A program made the position numbers and the translations under genes. A stretch of 63,977 nt of DNA, counting the filler, from Octopus bimaculoides (taxonomy: Eukaryota), in the NCBI RefSeq assembly GCF_001194135.2. It is 4 parts of 3 records of this genome, joined end to end, with 100 filler letters (N's around TTAATTAATTAA, not from the genome) between each part and the next. Parts side by side here need not be neighbours in the genome. Positions count along the whole stretch, not along the records: positions 14,768 to 31,324 come from NC_068985.1; positions 31,425 to 60,930 come from NC_068991.1; 2 more parts are not named here. One strand, given 5' to 3'. The notes under the pieces were generated by a model. It was given only the letters and a program-made list of their open reading frames with translations, was not told the DNA's origin and searched no databases. This document shows, one piece after another, positions 24,824 through 35,350 of this stretch (its first letter is position 1; every line of letters begins with the position of its first letter).

Positions 24824-24922
24824 TTTCAGGTGATGTTTTCGTTTGGGGTGCTGGAAGAAGAGGTCAACTGGGACTTAAAAACTCTGAGAAACTACCAACC
24901 AAACAAGAGAAGCCAAAAAAAT
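24824..24922 (+). CDS. SERGEF: SERGEF exon 6 (ISGDVFVWGAGRRGQLGLKNSEKLPTKQEKPKK)
   Basis: Acceptor ccacag (alternative in-frame tttcag 6 nt downstream), donor GTATGT; RCC1 VFVWGxGxxGQLG. Confidence 0.92.
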
Positions 24923-25598
24923 GTATGTTAAAAGCTGCTGTAGTTTTCTTATTTCATTGTTAAAGAATCTTTTGCTTTTCAGTATGGAAATATGGGTCAA
25001 TAGGTACAGGTATGGCTGGTATGGCTGGCTAAGAAGTTTGATTCTGAGTTCAGTACCACTGTATGGTACCTTGAGTATCTTTTATTATAGCTTGAGTTAA
25101 CTTATGTAAGAAAGAAATTTGATAGATAGAAACTGTGCAAGAGTCTCCTGTGAATATATCTTCATCATAGCATTTACTTATCCATACTTGCATGGGTCAC
25201 ACAGAATTCATTGGTAGGTTTTCTATAGCTGGATGTTCTTTCTGTTGCCAACCCTCACCTGTTTCCAATTAAGGTAATAACCCTCCCATCTATCAAACAT
25301 CAAACGACCCAGACATGGTTATGCAGTGAACTGGCAACAATTGATATCATTTGAATAAGTGTTTTTGTTTACAAAGATCATGCAACATGTCAGGATAGGT
25401 CAAGAAACTTTGATATGCCAATGTCTGCGGCTTGTTATCGAAAATTTTTTTACCTATTTTTGAACTTCAGTTCAGGTTTATAAATGATTGAATCCATGAT
25501 TTTAAGATCATTTTTTTAATTCTATGAATTCGAAAAAATATTCAACTACATAAAACTAAAGAAATACTTTATTTATTAATGTTTCTTTCGGTTTTTAG

Positions 25599-25661
25599 TG
25601 AATAGCATCTCTGGTGTACAGTCTTTGGTTGCTGGAGCTTTTCACAGTGGAGCTTTATTAA
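25599..25661 (+). CDS. SERGEF: SERGEF exon 7 (LNSISGVQSLVAGAFHSGALL)
   Basis: Acceptor tttttag, donor GTAAGT; RCC1 xxAGxxHS motif; phase 1-1. Confidence 0.92.
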
Positions 25662-26487
25662 GTAAGTAATTAGTAATTATAGCTTTTTTGTGTAGTCACT
25701 TCAAAATGGCTCTTTATTCATGGTGAAGTTGTCTCATACTTTTTCGCAATCAAACTGAGATTATAATTTTTCAAACTTTTGGGATTAAAGTATTTATATG
25801 AATGCTGTTTCAATCAGTTTGATCTCGAAATGTTATCAGATGTATTCATTGTACCAGACAAGATTCAAACTAGGAACTGTTATTTCTACACTAAGGGTTA
25901 TAATACTCTTATCCATCTGACAGCTGGGCCTGGTGTCAGTGCTGACCTTACTGATTGGTTTATCTGCTAAAGTTATATATATTCAGGTGCCATGTGTAGG
26001 GTTTTATTCATTCTTATGTAACAAAATTTGATCTGAATATAAACCACCAAAGTATTTATTTCAATTTAGCTTTGCATACAACCAAGCTATATTCTTTTAA
26101 TTGGTCAAAAGACATATTTCTTTACATTTTGCCACAAAATTAACAATGATGGAATCTTTGGTTGAAAGCTGACATCTATTCCTCATTGGCATTGTGACCT
26201 CTTCATAAAGGTAGAAATGGCAAAAATGTTATATTCTTAAGGATAGCACAGATCAAAATTAAGAAGTAGCTATTTTTTAACTATTTACTGGACCAAGAAT
26301 AGCAATAAACTCTTGAGAGGAACTATTTAACATTTAAAAAGAAGGAATTGTTGAACTATAATTTCCAGGAAATTATCCAGGAAAGAGAACACATTTTTTT
26401 CTTAACAATTTCAAAAGTGTCATGACCAACTATGTTATATAGCTAATAACTGTGATGTATTTTAATGCTCAATGTTCTATTTTGTAG

Positions 26488-26658
26488 AAGATGGCAGCAT
26501 TTGTGTTTGGGGCTGTAATAAATATGGCCAAAGTACAAACATGGAAGTGAAGATGTTAACAGAACCTTATAAAATTTCTTCCTGCCAATTCCCACTAAGT
26601 GAAAATGATATTATCCAAGAATTACATAGTGGTTGGTCTCATTTCCTAGTTTTGACAG
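26488..26658 (+). CDS. SERGEF: SERGEF exon 8 (KDGSICVWGCNKYGQ...QELHSGWSHFLVLT)
   Basis: Acceptor tttgtag, donor GTAAAT; WGCNKYGQ and SGWSHFL match SERGEF WGSNKHGQ and SGWTHLV; overlaps track ORF 26472-26702. Confidence 0.95.
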
Positions 26659-26939
26659 GTAAATTCTTGTTTTTACCTATTTATTTTTTTATATCAGTGT
26701 GAGTAAGTACCTCTTTATTATTTTCATCGAGAACTATTCATCATGTATAATTCTTCACCATCTCCACTCCAACTGTTTATTATATCAGATTTCGTTTGCA
26801 TCTAAACTCTTCAGAGATGGACATACACATGTATGGACAGGTGGACAACACACACTCTAGAACGCACACATATTTAGATACACACACACACAGACATAAT
26901 CGCACATACATACACATGATCACATACGCACAGAGATGC

Positions 26940-27331
26940 GAAATCGTGATGGCACCGTCCGAGTGTGATCGTTGCCAGAGCAACTGTTGCCAGCGTCACC
27001 TTCCTGGCACTTGTGCTGGTGGCACGTGAAAAGACATTCGAGTGAGGTCGTTGCCAGTGCCGCTGGACTGACTCCTGTGCAGGTGGCACATAAAATACAC
27101 CATTTTGAGCATGGCCGTTGCCAGTACCGCCAGACTGGCCTTTGTGCCGGTGGCACGTAAAAGCACCCACTACATTCTTGGAGTGGTTAGCATTAGGAAG
27201 GGCATCCAGCTGTAGAAACTCTGCCAGATCAGATTGGAGCCTGACATAGCCATCTGGTTCGCCAGTCCTCAGTCAAATCGTCCAACCCATGCTAGCATGG
27301 AAAGCGGATGTTAAAGATGGTGATGATGATG
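26940..27331 (+). mobile_element. SINE/LINE-tail family C with internal tandem units and (GAT)n tail
   Basis: GGTGGCACGTAAAAGCACC...GGAAGGGCATCCAGCTGTAGAAACTC...CCAACCCATGCTAGCATGGAAAGCGGA..GATGATGAT; related copies at 27900-28075(-), 31186-31324(-, young, cut by join), 19945-20110(-), 24061-24200(+). Confidence 0.85.
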
Positions 27332-28464
27332 AGATGTGTGAATCGATTTTTAAAATTTTACTTAATATTGATCTATTTTGATTAGGTAGTCATCAAATTT
27401 TCATGTGGACCTTAGTTGATTGAATTGACCCCAGTCTATGTAGAAATATGATACCCAACCTATCAAACTTGGTGAATGGTTTAAAAAGCAAAACTAATAT
27501 TTGTAGGATTTTAAATCAACACTGAAATGACTGAATATTGCAATACGTTTATTTTGATGTCCAGCAATTTAAATCACTGAGATCTGTTTTTATTTCAAAT
27601 ATAAAAGTAACATTACACAACATACAGATGTAATAAAGTAAGTACTGTCTTGGGTCCTACAACTCATTGGTTGTTTACTCAGTTTCCATGGCATATGAAG
27701 GCATAAAATTCTGGGGAATATTAACTACCATCTTATTTTATACTGGGTAAGTTAGTTTATATAAAGGGCAGTCTCAAAATTTCAATTATTATCAGCACTG
27801 TCAGAACACTAAAGCCTGGGCCTTTGAATTCACTTGTGTTATAATATCAGCAATTAATTTTAATTCCTTTCTGGTCTTGCTTTTAATTGTAGTAAGGCCT
27901 CATTATTATCATCATCTGTATTTCATGCTAGTGTGAGTTGGACTGTTTGACAGGAGCCAATGAATCAGACTCCAGTGTCTACTTTGGCATGGTTTCAATG
28001 GTTGGCTGTCCATCCTAATGCCTATCACTTTACAGACTGTACTTGGTGCTTTTTAGGTGGCACCAGTACTAGTCTGGTCACAAAGAATTTGCAAAACACA
28101 ACCTCTCAACAGAGGTGGGTGTGTTGAGAGGTATAATAGTAAAGCACCAAGTTTAACCACATTTACAGCCCATAGATTTGACTGCTAATTTCCATCTAAT
28201 AGTGTAGTATTTTATTTGATTCAGCAATGATATTCAAATATGTGTTACCTGGGATATCTATTGTGAATCCCTAAAACTTTTTAGATCAAATTAGATGCTA
28301 AATAGCCATTGACTATTTAACTGATTGGGCTTTTGATATTTAAATGGTATTACTTGAAAAACCAATTTGTTGGTGTAACTTTTATCTTTGTCCACAAATG
28401 ATATATGCAAAAGGTTTGCTTTTGCTGTTGTTTAGTCCAGGTCTTCACCTTTGTTTTATTTCAG

Positions 28465-28629
28465 AAAGACACCAAGTAATTAGTTGGGGCCGTTGTGACT
28501 ATGGACAATTAGGTAGGCCTACAGATCTTACATACAAAAACTGTGATCCAAAACCTTACATTGTGGAAGATCTAGGCTTAAAAGTTAAACAGTTATGCTG
28601 TGGAGCAGAACACAACTTAGCACTTTTAG
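28465..28629 (+). CDS. SERGEF: SERGEF exon 9 (ERHQVISWGRCDYGQLGRP...LCCGAEHNLALL)
   Basis: Acceptor tttcag, donor GTAAGT; WGRCDYGQLGR and CGAEHNLA match SERGEF WGRADYGQLGR and CGSEHNLA. Confidence 0.96.
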
Positions 28630-28759
28630 GTAAGTACTTGATACTTAAAACAAAAAAGAAACCTCATTTTCCATACATATTCTATTGCCAATAAGTGTTT
28701 TATTTTGCTGACAACATTTAAGTAATCTAAATTTTATTACCATCAGTCATTTGACTATA

Positions 28760-29185
28760 AACATGCTGTGACACTGCTTTCAAGTATTTGATTGATTATA
28801 TTTGATCCTTGGCATCAAAGCACAGAATCAAATACCACAAACATTTCATTCAATGATCTGCCAATTTACCAGCTTAAAAGATTCCTGTGGCCAGGATGTC
28901 CATATAATGAACTCTCCCACCATTAAACAATGGACAAAGGCTCCACAATTTCTCGCTGAACAACCACACAGATGATTTGTTTGTAGTGATCAAATGTTTG
29001 TGTTCACATAAGCTCACCCTCTCCATCAAATTGACTGTATGGGGACATAAGCATGTGTCAAATGTCAGAATGATCATAGCAATGTGAAATGAAGGGTTTA
29101 GCTCAAGAACACAATGCACCACCTGGTCTGGAACCACAATCTCATGATCACAAGTGCAACATCCTAACCACTAGACCATGCACCT
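28760..29185 (-). mobile_element. Further tRNA-headed SINE (family D); related heads at 39330-39525(-), 1380-1580(-), 31680-31945(-)
   Basis: Minus strand GGTGCATGGTCTAGTGGTTAGGATGTTGCAC...GTGGTTCCAGACC (A and B boxes) followed by a non-tRNA body. Confidence 0.65.
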
Positions 29186-29456
29186 TCACTTGTAGACACA
29201 GTGTGTGTGTTGCCATGTTTTTGAGATAGGTGTATTGTTGATATAACGGATTGTTCAATGCCTATAAAGGAAATCTCAGTCAATCAATAACATAATTTAC
29301 ATTTTCACTCCAGAGATTTTGTAAATGCTAATAATACAAGTCAGGTATTTTAATTAAAACAGTTTATAAATCTAATTATATCAGAAAATTTAGCATAATT
29401 TTAATATAAGGAAAAAGAAATTAAGATGCTGACAAATTGATTCTTATTTTTCTCAG

Positions 29457-29620
29457 AATGTGGCTCGTTAGTTTGTTGGGGATGGAACGAACATGGCATG
29501 TGTGGTAATGGAAATGAAATCAATCAACTGAGACCCACCAAAGTACAACTTCCTGAAAAACCTTCCATCCTTTTGACTGGAGCTGGTACTGGACACTCTT
29601 TTGCTCTTTGTTCAAATTAA
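29457..29620 (+). CDS. SERGEF: SERGEF exon 10, last coding exon (ECGSLVCWGWNEHGMCGNGNE...GAGTGHSFALCSN*)
   Basis: Acceptor ttctcag; WGWNEHGMCG is characteristic of SERGEF; stop TAA at 29618-29620. Total CDS 1155 nt = 384 aa + stop. Confidence 0.96.
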
Positions 29621-29722
29621 CATTTCAGTCAATATTTACAAATTTCCCAAAAATGTTAAGGAGTTAATATGAAAAACTTTTGTACACTGAGAGAGAAACT
29701 TTGTGTTAAAAGAAAGACAAGT

Positions 29723-29827
29723 AATAAATAGGTATAAAGCCAATTTATTACACGATAAAGTTGATATATTTTTTTTAAACAATGCTGGCAACAAGGCTGA
29801 CTGATAGTAAAATATATAAGCAATAAA
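29723..29827. terminator. Candidate polyadenylation signals of SERGEF (AATAAA 29723-29728 and 29822-29827, +) and VPS18 (AATAAA on - at 29749-29744)
   Basis: Hexamers seen directly in the 336-bp inter-stop interval; usage not known. Confidence 0.45.
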
Positions 29828-29956
29828 GCAACTTTTCATTTCCAGGCTTTTTGATGCTAAGGGAAAAATTCACAATCCTTTTGCAGTTGACAATAGACAG
29901 AATTATCTTGACAGTAACTTCTTATAAGCAAAGTCTTGAATAACAAGAGTTTTCTA

Positions 29957-30020
29957 TCATAGCCAACCATTCGCTGCTTGGTCCATTTCATCTGCTTCAA
30001 TAAAAGGCTTGTCGATTAAT
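29957..30020 (-). CDS. VPS18: VPS18 last coding exon ((K)LIDKPFIEADEMDQAANGWL*)
   Basis: Minus-strand acceptor tttcttatag; IDKPFI...WL* matches the VPS18/deep orange C-terminus (IDRPFI...SWL); TGA at 29959-29957. Confidence 0.92.
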
Positions 30021-31077
30021 CTATAAGAAATGAAATTCATGCAATATTAGTCTGACAGTTTAATTAAAAAAGGCTATTATTAGTGCATAATTAATGAAAA
30101 ATATAAACAAAAAAAAGTTAACTAAAGAAACCAATAAGTTGAAAAACAGCACACATCTGCAAATGATGCCATCTCATTTGAATGGCAAAATAGGTTTATA
30201 TTTCTAAACATAGCCATTTAAAGTCATATTTGAAGCCACAATACTGTACACCTCTTAAAATATATGCCTTGCTTTCAAGAAAGAATTAGCAAAAAACTTA
30301 TTTACCACATCATAAAGTAGGAAACAGTGCAGGCAGCCTGTTTAGGCGAAAAGTAAATCAGAATAAAATCACTAATACAAAACAGAGAGGACTCTTTAAT
30401 CTTGCCACACATATCCTCTTTAGTTCCAGTGGTATGACAAAATTAACCACTCTACGCTGTAAATTGGTTGGCAAGAGGAAGGGCTTTCAGCTAGACAAAG
30501 TTATGTCAACAATATGACCTACACAACAAAGAAGGTTGGTTTATTCTGTTGCTGTAACAGATGAAAGACTACAGTGAATGGCAACACTTTGGAATGTGTC
30601 TATGAAACCTTACTATTTAAAACTCATGCTAATATTTAAAGTATAACTAAAATTACATTATTATATTTCAGAAGTGTTGTCAGGCAAGTGATTTGACCTG
30701 AGACCATGTGTTGAATCTAAAATGATAACAGTGTAGAAGATGCATGTTAGCAATTAAAAAAAAACACAAATACGTCTAACTTCACTTAAACATCTATTAT
30801 CAAAATGTTTGTTGCCTGAACTGCATCTTAGTCACTGAGATGGGTTGTAACCATGTTGGTGATCAGGTTGCAGTTCATATTGTTTGATGAAAATTTTGAC
30901 ACCAAATAATAAATGTTTAAGTGAAGTTAAGTTTTTTTGTGTTTTTGAATGGCTAATGTGTGGTCTTCCATATTGCAATCGTTTAAAATGAATACAGCAA
31001 TACAAGGTTTCATTGCTGCATTTAAATTGGAAAAAAAAAAAAAAAAAGTTAAATCAATAATGAAAGAAATAAATTAC

Positions 31078-31136
31078 TTGATCATCATGTCTCCACAGTA
31101 AATACATTCTGCTCCAATTATTTCATCAAGTTCAGC
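31078..31136 (-). CDS. VPS18: VPS18 penultimate coding exon (AELDEIIGAECIYCGDMMI)
   Basis: Acceptor ttatgtttcag, donor GTAATT; matches VPS18 ADLDELVAAECVYCGELMI (last two RING-H2 ligands); phase 2 joins the last exon in frame. Upstream exons not found. Confidence 0.92.
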
Positions 31137-31324
31137 CTGAAACATAAAATTACAGAAATTAAGAAAAGTAAAATTATGTTTCATCATCATCATCATCATC
31201 ATCGTTTAACGTCCGCTTTCCATGCTAGCATGGGTTGGACGATTTGACTGAGGACTGGTGAAACCGGATGGCAACACCAGGCTCCAGTCTGATTTGGCAG
31301 AGTTTCTACAGCTGGATGCCCTTC

Positions 31325-31424
31325 NNNNNNNNNNNNNNNNNNNNNNNNNNNNNNNNNNNNNNNNNNNNTTAATTAATTAANNNNNNNNNNNNNNNNNNNN
31401 NNNNNNNNNNNNNNNNNNNNNNNN
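31325..31424. other. Artificial scaffold join: N44-TTAATTAATTAA-N44
   Basis: Linker at 31369-31380. Confidence 0.95.
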
Positions 31425-32701
31425 ATATATATATATATATATATATATAAGAAATAATTGAGATTCAGTTGAATTAAGAACTTAAGTTGAAGCACCAAGT
31501 CAGTCCGATATTATCTGCTCAGCTCGAAGTATGGTGAATAAAATCAAAATAAGCAACAGGAAATCAAGTAGTGATGCAGTACGATCGTTTCAACGGCTCA
31601 GACTGGTTAAAATTCTATTTATTTATTTGTGCAGCTGAAGACACGGCAGGGTTTCACACAGTTTCTGTCTAACAAATTTACTGTCAAATTTGCACACGCA
31701 CCTATGTACATACCATTTGCATAGTTTTGTGTATATACCCGGAATGCGCTTGAATGGCATACATTTATGCCTGTATAGCCTACACACTAGTGAGTGGGTA
31801 GATACACACACAAATAAACAAAGGCATTAGTCGACCCGGGGGCTGTAGTAGAAGCGACTTGCTCATGTTACTGCACAGTAAAACTGAACCCAAAAGTCCT
31901 GGGTTGCAGACCGAGCGTCTAAACACACAGCCACGCACGCATCAACCCCACCCACATCATTGCAGTTAATTGTCTGCTGTTCTCATCGTTTATCACTAGG
32001 TCCGTTTACCACTAATCTCGGGATTCTGTGGTCTAAAGCCGCTGTCATGACGTATATTTATCCAGCCTGGTACTCCTGTGATTCGCAGAGTTTTGCCGAT
32101 CAAACGAGGCTGCAATGGAAGCCTCGCTCTCGTTGCACTCTTTCAGTCCGTGTCTGTTGACGCGTGTACGTGCTTTAACACTTTACACGACTGATGTGTT
32201 CCCAAATGCTACTTCTAATCTTTCGAAAGCAGTGCTCCAGAATCGTTACGGTCTCTGTCTGAAGCAAGTTAAAGTAGAATGCAATCAATCCCGGACGATG
32301 GATTATAAGAACTTTTAGAGGTTCAAGACTGATGTGTTGCGATGCGTGTTCCAGCTCTTTGCGACGTCAACAATGACACAAGTACCAAGTAGTAACGGCA
32401 GTGTTCTGTTGGATAAACATCGCTGATACGGAGAGGGGAAAACATGCATGTAATGGCAACCACCATTCTTCCTCCTTCCCCAATATCTTGGTGAGGTCTA
32501 AATGCCTAAGTACACGGCCAAACCATGACTGACGGAGGTTCAACTGTTCATAAATATTTTAATGTCAGTTGTTAAATTTAGGCATCAGAATAGCCCTATC
32601 CAGAAATAATTGCCTGTAGATGTGGTTTTGAGTCCCACGGGCAGCTTTCAAATTTTCCAAACCAAAAGGGTTTTTCTACCCTCAATATTTATAGCTTTAC
32701 G

Positions 32702-32911
32702 AGGCGGCGAGCTGGCAGAAACGTTAGCACGCCGGGCGAAATGTTTAGCGGTGTTTTGCCTGTCTTTACGTTCTGAGTTCAAATTTCACCGAGGTCGACT
32801 TTACCTTTCATCCTTTTGGGGTCGATAAATTAGGTACCATTTGCGTACTGGGTCGATCTAATCGACCGGCTTCATCCCCCAAAAATTCGGGTCTTGGGCC
32901 GAAAGCAGAAA
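32702..32911 (+). mobile_element. SINE family B (GGCGGCGAGCTGGCAGAAACGTTAGCACG...GAGTTCAAATT...CCTTTCATCCTTTCGGGGTCGATAAATTAAGTACC)
   Basis: tRNA-like A box (AGCTGGCAGA) and B box (GAGTTCAAATT); about 15 related copies in the window. Confidence 0.9.
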
Positions 32912-33469
32912 AAAATAATTATAGCCTTATGTGACTCGAGATCCACTATTTCAGAAGATGAATTATTCCACGCTCTTATTATATAAATTCTTACGACATC
33001 AATAATGAAGAGGATTACTCAAAGGAATATTTCCTATGGTTATTAGTATAGGCATAATTGTTCTTAATTTATTGTTTTCTAAAATAATTGGTTAGGATTT
33101 GAAGAAGAAAAAAACTGCTATTTCTAGGGGATCAGGAAACGGCATTGATAGTATCTCGATGTTTCTTTCGAAAGTGGTCTGAAACCCTAAGAACAATTTC
33201 TCATTTACATATATCAGCGACATTATTATTAATAAGACTACTGAACCTCGCTCACACCGTTTGTGTGTGTGTGTGTATGTTCACACCGTTTGTGTGCGTG
33301 TGTTCGTTTAAAATCAGTTATATCGACCTCTGTGGAGTGTTACTTAATTTTCGATCAACGGATAACCCAGAGGTATAATCGATCTCTGCGATTAACAACC
33401 TCTAGCATATTTTCTGATATTAATGATTTCTGATAGATCAATAGTTATAATATCAGCAACAGTAATAAT

Positions 33470-34210
33470 AGATTTCAACTTAGGCAGAAAGCCAACAGTT
33501 TTGAGGAGAGGAAATTTATCGAACTATCGGCTCCAATACTTAAATGATACTTTATTCCATTGGCTCCGAACGGATAAAAGGCAAAGTTGACTAAAGTGGG
33601 ATTTGAACTCAGGATGCTAAGTGTTAGAAGAAATACCACAAAGAAGATTCCCTGACGTCCTAACGATTCCGCTAGCGAGCATAGCTTGGTAATGTTTATC
33701 ATAATTTCAAGGCAGCGAATGGCAGAAACGTTAAGCACGCCGATCGAGATTCTTTGCGGTTATTCGTCTGTCTTTATGTTCTGAGTTCAAATTCTGCCGA
33801 TATCGACTTTTCCTTTCGGGGTCGATTAAATAAGTACCATTTACGCACTGGGGTCGATGTAATCAACTTCATTCCTTTGTCTGTCGTTGTTTGTCCCCTC
33901 TATGTTTAGCCCCCTGTGTGCAATAAAGAAATAAATATTTATCATAATTTCAGGGCGGCGGGCTGGTGGAAACGTTAGAACACCTGCCGAAATGCTTAGC
34001 AGTAATTTTTATCTGTTTTACGTTCTCAGTTCAAATTCCGCCAAGGTCGACTTTTCCTTTCATCCTTTTGGGGGTCGATAAATTAAGTACCAGTTGCTTA
34101 CTGAGGTCGATCTTATCGACTGGCCCCTCCCCTCAAAATTTCGGGCCTTGTACCTAAAGTAGAAAAGAATATTTATCACAATTTCAAGGCGGCGAGCTGG
34201 CAGAAACGTT
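33470..34210. mobile_element. Cluster of SINE family B: one - copy (33470-33680), two + copies (33711-33937, 33954-34171) and a 23-nt head (34188-34210)
   Basis: Repeated heads, each + head preceded by TTTATCA(T/C)AATTTCA(A/G). Confidence 0.88.
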
Positions 34211-34239
34211 GATCATTTCATTTGAGGGTGGAATTAGAG

Positions 34240-35350
34240 TGATGAAAAAAATGCTATGGAAAGGAGTCACTTTGAAAGATGTCTCTGTTGGTGACGATGC
34301 TGCTGGACTGGCTCATCCCATTTCTGTAGTTTTGAAACAGACCGGCGTTCTATTTGGTCATACTATTTCGTAAGAACGACGGGAGAGAACAATTTTCTAA
34401 ACTTATTCTATTGAACAATTGAACAATTAGTATTTGCATCTATAGGGATTTCTTTTACAGCCTTTTTGCGCTTATGTCGGGATGGAGTTCTGTTCTAGGA
34501 AAGTATACTTTCTTTGCGTTATTATGGATGCCAAGATCTTGTAAGTGGTATTGAGACAAGTTATTGGTCGGTAATCCTGTGTGTTTTTTTGTATCATCGG
34601 TTTTTCGTAGGTGGAAGATAGTCCCTTCAATCAGCGAGGCAGTTCTTTTCCCCGGGTTCTGAATAATATTAGCGATACAGCAAGATTTTAGTGCACTTCA
34701 GCAAGACAATTCGGCCAGAAATTAGGGATCCGATCCAGCCGTGGAAATTTCCATTTGTTAGGCCTTTCTAAGAGTACACCTTAGTTCTTCTGTTACTGTT
34801 CTTTAAGTTCATCCATTTATTTTTTCCTCACGTCTATCCAGTCCACTTTATCATTAAGTTTCCGGTCGTTGCTCCGTATCTTCTCCTAAAATTCTTTCAT
34901 TTCGTCAATCTTAAGTGCTTCCTTACTTTTGCCAATTTCTAAAACTTCGCATGTCTTCAATATTTTGTTTTGACGATAGAATTACTTTCTTTTGACCTAA
35001 CTTCTTGGCGGTTGGGCTTTTTAGCTACATACGATTTTCCAATAGCTCCTTCGTCGCAAGGAACGTTATAAGATCTGTTATTTTATATTTTTGTTTGGTT
35101 TTTCTAACTTTTTTCTTCTTTTTAAATTTTACTCCTCTAAAAACTTTACCGAGAACTGACAGTTCGACTCGTAGAGATTCAATCTATTTTTGTATTTTTA
35201 CTTTCCATTTAAGGGGTCTATTTATATGTCTGATCTTTTTCTTTGCAATATCAAAACATACTTGTTTACGAGTAGTTACTATTTTAGCAGTAGATTATAT
35301 ACACTTATTTAAGATTGTTAAATCATTTCCTTTACTTTTTACGATCTAAC
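34240..35350 (-). mobile_element. Decayed R4/Dong-like non-LTR retrotransposon RT region
   Basis: Minus-strand motifs in expected order: RQNKI (~34960), NKWKFPRLDRIPNFW (~34740), QDYRPITCLNTTYKILASII (~34560), IFQSDS (degenerate IFQGDS, ~34270); many stops and frameshifts. Clade call from recalled motif style. Confidence 0.75.

Noticed and set aside
26765-26820. Minus-strand CTGAAGA-GTTT-agatgc-AAAC-GAAA hammerhead-like core
   Set aside because: Good stem II, but no stem III/UH in register with a stem I partner.
31247-31270. CTGAGGA-ctggt-GAAAC in SINE family C
   Set aside because: No GUH after GAAAC, no stem I, antisense to the SINE tail, and the 27.25-kb copy lacks one A.
26940-34210. CRISPR-like repeat-spacer arrays (16-bp repeats at 33.7 kb, module repeats at 27 kb)
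   Set aside because: Eukaryotic context, the spacers are homologous SINE sequence, and there are no cas genes.
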